Of a stretch of 64,000 bases of DNA, positions 60,980 through 64,000 are shown one piece after another. Under the pieces are notes generated by a model that did not search any database, was not told where the DNA came from, and worked only from the letters and a program-made list of their open reading frames with translations. Position 1 is the first letter of the stretch, and each line of letters begins with the position of its first letter. Source of the DNA: Emiliania huxleyi CCMP1516 (lineage: Eukaryota); NCBI RefSeq assembly GCF_000372725.1, contig NW_005202427.1, forward strand, positions 925,581-989,580. The letters are read 5' to 3'. Both the position numbers and the translations under genes were made by a program.

Positions 60980-62450
60980 CTATTCATACTGCTCCCGAGG
61001 CGCCCGCGGCATCTCGCCGCCCATCTTCGGCCACGCGTTGTAGTCGAAGATGGCGGCGTTGCGCCTCGCGACGATGGCCGAGTGCACTTGCAGGAAGCGC
61101 TTGCGCTCGCTACTGACCCGCCATCGTTCGCTGTCGGAGGACGCCTTAGCGGCCTTGATGTCGAAGTTGGTGTTGAACCACGTCGCCGCCTCGTGCCCGA
61201 TGCCGCCACGCGTGCTCGCCGCCCATGTCATAAAGTCGCAGTTTTTGGCGTCGCACGCCCTGAGGGAGGGTGTAGAGGATGTAGAGTGTAGAGCACTGTA
61301 GAGCTGTAGAGATGTAGAGCGCTGTAGAGCTGTAGAGCTCTACATCCGCCGCGTGACGAGGCGCCTGCGTTGTAGAGCGATGTAGAGGCGCTCTACAACG
61401 TGAAATCTCTACAACAAACTCTACATCATAAGCGGCGAACGAGGCACGGTCGCTCTCCGACATGAGGCGCGTTGCACTTGCCAGTGCTGCCCTGGCCTTC
61501 TGTCTGCCCGCCCAATGGGTGGCAGATGCCTCTGCTGCTGTGGCATGCCTCACGGCTGCGACTGGCCGGCGCCTCGGCGCGTCAGCTCGGCTCGGCGTAG
61601 CGATCGTGGCCAGCGCAACTCGCCTGGACTCAACGCTCAGCCAGGAGCTCCCGCACGCGCTGGCGCGAGTCATGGCGCAGATAAGGCGTCTGAATGCTCG
61701 CCTCGCCTCGCGCAAATGCGACCGTCCTCGCAGCCGACAGTCCACCGCCTGCTAAAGAAGCACAGCGACGAATGCGGCACCGGCGACACATGGCAGGCTC
61801 ATGACGCAGTTATAGGGTGTTGTGTGCCGTCAGAGGGACTCTCTGTGTGTCAGGGATAGTCAGGGCTGTCCATCAGAGCTTCACTAAGCTCGGTAAAACC
61901 CCATTAGCGCGGCTCGACCTCTTTGAGTCACTGCCTTCCCGGCGGTTTGGCTGTAGAGCCTCTACAACAAACTCTACAACAAAATCGCGCTCTACATCGC
62001 TCTACAACGCAGGCGCCTCGTCACGCGGCGGATGTAGAGCTCTACAGCTCTACAGCGCTCCAGAGCGCTCTACATCTCTACAGCTCTACAGCGCTCTACA
62101 CTCTACATCCTCTACACCCTCCCTCAGCGCACGCCGCTGCCTTGGCCTTCCGCTTCGTCGCCTCAGCGTAGTCGGTGGCTAGGCGCTTGCCGCTCGCCAG
62201 CGGGCGCAGCCTGTCATGGTGCACCGCGGTGACGCACGTGCCGTCGTACACCACGGCGCGCGCCGACTCTGCATAGTTGCCGAAGACGCCGTCGCCCCTC
62301 TGGTACGGGTTGGTGTCCGGATCGTGCGCCTGCGTCGGGTCCCTGCAGCCGAGCCTCACCTCCATGACCTTTGCCGAGGCGCCGAAGGCGCGGGCGACGT
62401 TCGTGACGTGGGTGTTGAGGGATGTGTGCCCCGTGGCCAGCCAGCCGCCG
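60980..62450 (-). mobile_element. 5'-truncated CRE/R2-type non-LTR retrotransposon (restriction-like endonuclease domain), interrupted
   Basis: After excising 61260-62135: H...RAFG...E...RGD...VYDGTCV...KRKAKAAAC|DAKNCDFMTWAASTRGGIG...LQVHSAIVARRNA. Confidence 0.75.
61260..62127. mobile_element. Non-autonomous TIR element with long TGTAGAG-rich TIRs and 8-bp TSD
   Basis: Ends CTGAGGGAGGGTGTAGAGG; TSD CGCACGCC at 61252-61259 and 62128-62135. Confidence 0.92.
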
Positions 62451-62501
62451 TAATTTTTTTTGTTCTGGGCGATTTGAGGGAGGCTGCCTCTGCAGGAAGA
62501 G

Positions 62502-63908
62502 ATGGCCGCCGACCGTACCCGCCTGGCTGCCTTTTACCACGCGGCGCCCTTCAGCCCAGCTACCCCGAGCTCGCTCATCCCCGCGCCAGATCTGACTCCT
62601 CACGCCGAGGCGTTCATTGGGGCGCAGCCGCCGCACAACGCCTTTACTCCTCTCGAGCCCATCCCTTACCACGGCACGCACGCAATCGCCGGTACGGCGC
62701 GCAGCGACAGCGCGGCGAGCGAGGCCAAGCTCAGCGCGGCGGCACCTGAGTTCAAGCCGAAGCCGCCGCCCAAGCTCAACGCGGATGCGCCCGCCTTCAA
62801 CCCGAGTGAGGCCGCGGCCGAGCAGAAGCAGCTGCGGAGCCTCGTCGCCGCTTCCGAGGCGCAGCTCGCGTCTCAGCGGAAAGAGATCAGCGCGTGCAAG
62901 GTGCGCTGACCGTGCGCAGCCGTGCCCGACCCATCCTGCCTCGGCCACCGCCCACCGCCCACCCCTGCTGCGACACAGGCGAGGGAGACGGCGCTGGCCA
63001 CGGAGGCGAGGGAGGCGCGCGCACTGGCGCAGTCGCTGGCGGAGCGAGCCGACCTGGCGGGACGCCAGCTCAGCGCGGCGAACGCCGAACGCGGGCGCGT
63101 CGAGATGAAGCTGCACGACGCGCAGCGCGAGGCGGGCGAGGCTTGCCGTGCCCGCGCCGAGGCGGTCGAGCAGGCGAGGCGCGGGCTGGAGGAGGAGCGG
63201 CGCCAGCACGCGGCCGCGATCGGAGAGGCTCGACACGCCCACGAGGCAGAGCGAGAGCGGCAGAGGCGCGAGCACGAAACGGAGCTTGCGCGGGCGCGCC
63301 GGCTGCACGCCGAGGAGACGACGAGCCTGCGCGACCAGCAGAACGAGCTCGTGCAGCAGAAGGAGGCGCTCGTCCACCAGCTCCACCTGCTACGCCGCAG
63401 CTTGCAGCAGAACCGCCCGCCGCCGCCGAACCACCCGCCGCCGCCGAACCACCCGCCGCCGCCGAACCACCCGCCGCCGCCGAACCACCCGCCGCCGAAC
63501 CACCCGCCGCCGAACTTGCCCCTCTACCGCGCCACCACACCGCCGCCGCCTCTGCCGATGCCGCCGCCGCAGCTACCGATGCACGCGCCGCCGCAGCTCG
63601 GGATGAGGCAGCCCCCCCCGCCGCCGATGCCGCCGCCGCCGGCAGCGGCAGCGGACCCGGTCCTCGCCCTGCTCTCGCAGCACCCGCTCGCCGAGCCCGG
63701 CGCCCCGCGACCCAACCCGGTGCCGCTGACTCGCCGGGCAAACACAAACAGCCTCTGTGCCATGGGCGGGCGCCGGTCGCCGCGCAAGGCAGCGGCCAGG
63801 CCACCTGCGCACGCCCGGCGGCCCGCCTCGCATGGCGCTGCGCACAAGCCTTGCGAGGGGCTCTCTTTCGGGCAGCCTCCGGTGCCCATCTACCGCAGCC
63901 GCGGCTGA
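62502..63908 (+). CDS. PAM2-motif, coiled-coil and Pro-rich protein, 2 exons
   Basis: KLSAAAPEFKP and KLNADAPAFNP; intron 62901-62978; heptad-rich region; (PPPPNH)n repeats. Confidence 0.75.
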
Positions 63909-64000
63909 GTTGGACTGAGGTGAGGGTGATCTCACCACAATCCTTCATCATCCATCATCATGCATCAGCCTCCGGTGCATGAGATCAAGGTGTGCCGCCA

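Overview
GC-rich eukaryotic nuclear DNA. The 10-11 bp tandem repeats inside introns, frequent GC-AG and some GA-AG introns, and plastid-targeted genes point to a haptophyte, most likely Emiliania/Gephyrocapsa huxleyi (inference). There is one 100-N assembly gap at 23272-23371. About 20 host genes are supportable, including a gelsolin/severin, SDH3, an IQ+MORN protein, homocysteine S-methyltransferase, TMEM17, a tandem IsdG-like protein, UVR+SnoaL, SAM+Pex14_N, an FAD monooxygenase and a PAM2 protein. They are interleaved with many small, often nested mobile elements, most with boundaries and target-site duplications (TSDs) readable by eye. Main candidates for new biology: (1) a 5'-truncated non-LTR retrotransposon with a 12-bp TSD and (TTACC)n tail whose ORF carries a SET domain; (2) an intronless DUF4291-NADAR fusion that could be an ADP-ribosylation writer and eraser in one chain; (3) two homologous ~192-nt introns in unrelated genes with TSD-like ends (introner-like); (4) a mini LTR element with identical 151-bp LTRs ending CG...CG instead of TG...CA; (5) an FAD monooxygenase fused to a membrane cyclase/epoxide-hydrolase-like domain; (6) a paralogous pair of putative membrane-tethered Cys-domain regulators; (7) a conserved ~65-bp motif upstream of three unrelated genes. 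All alignments and domain calls were made by eye; exon models are approximate.
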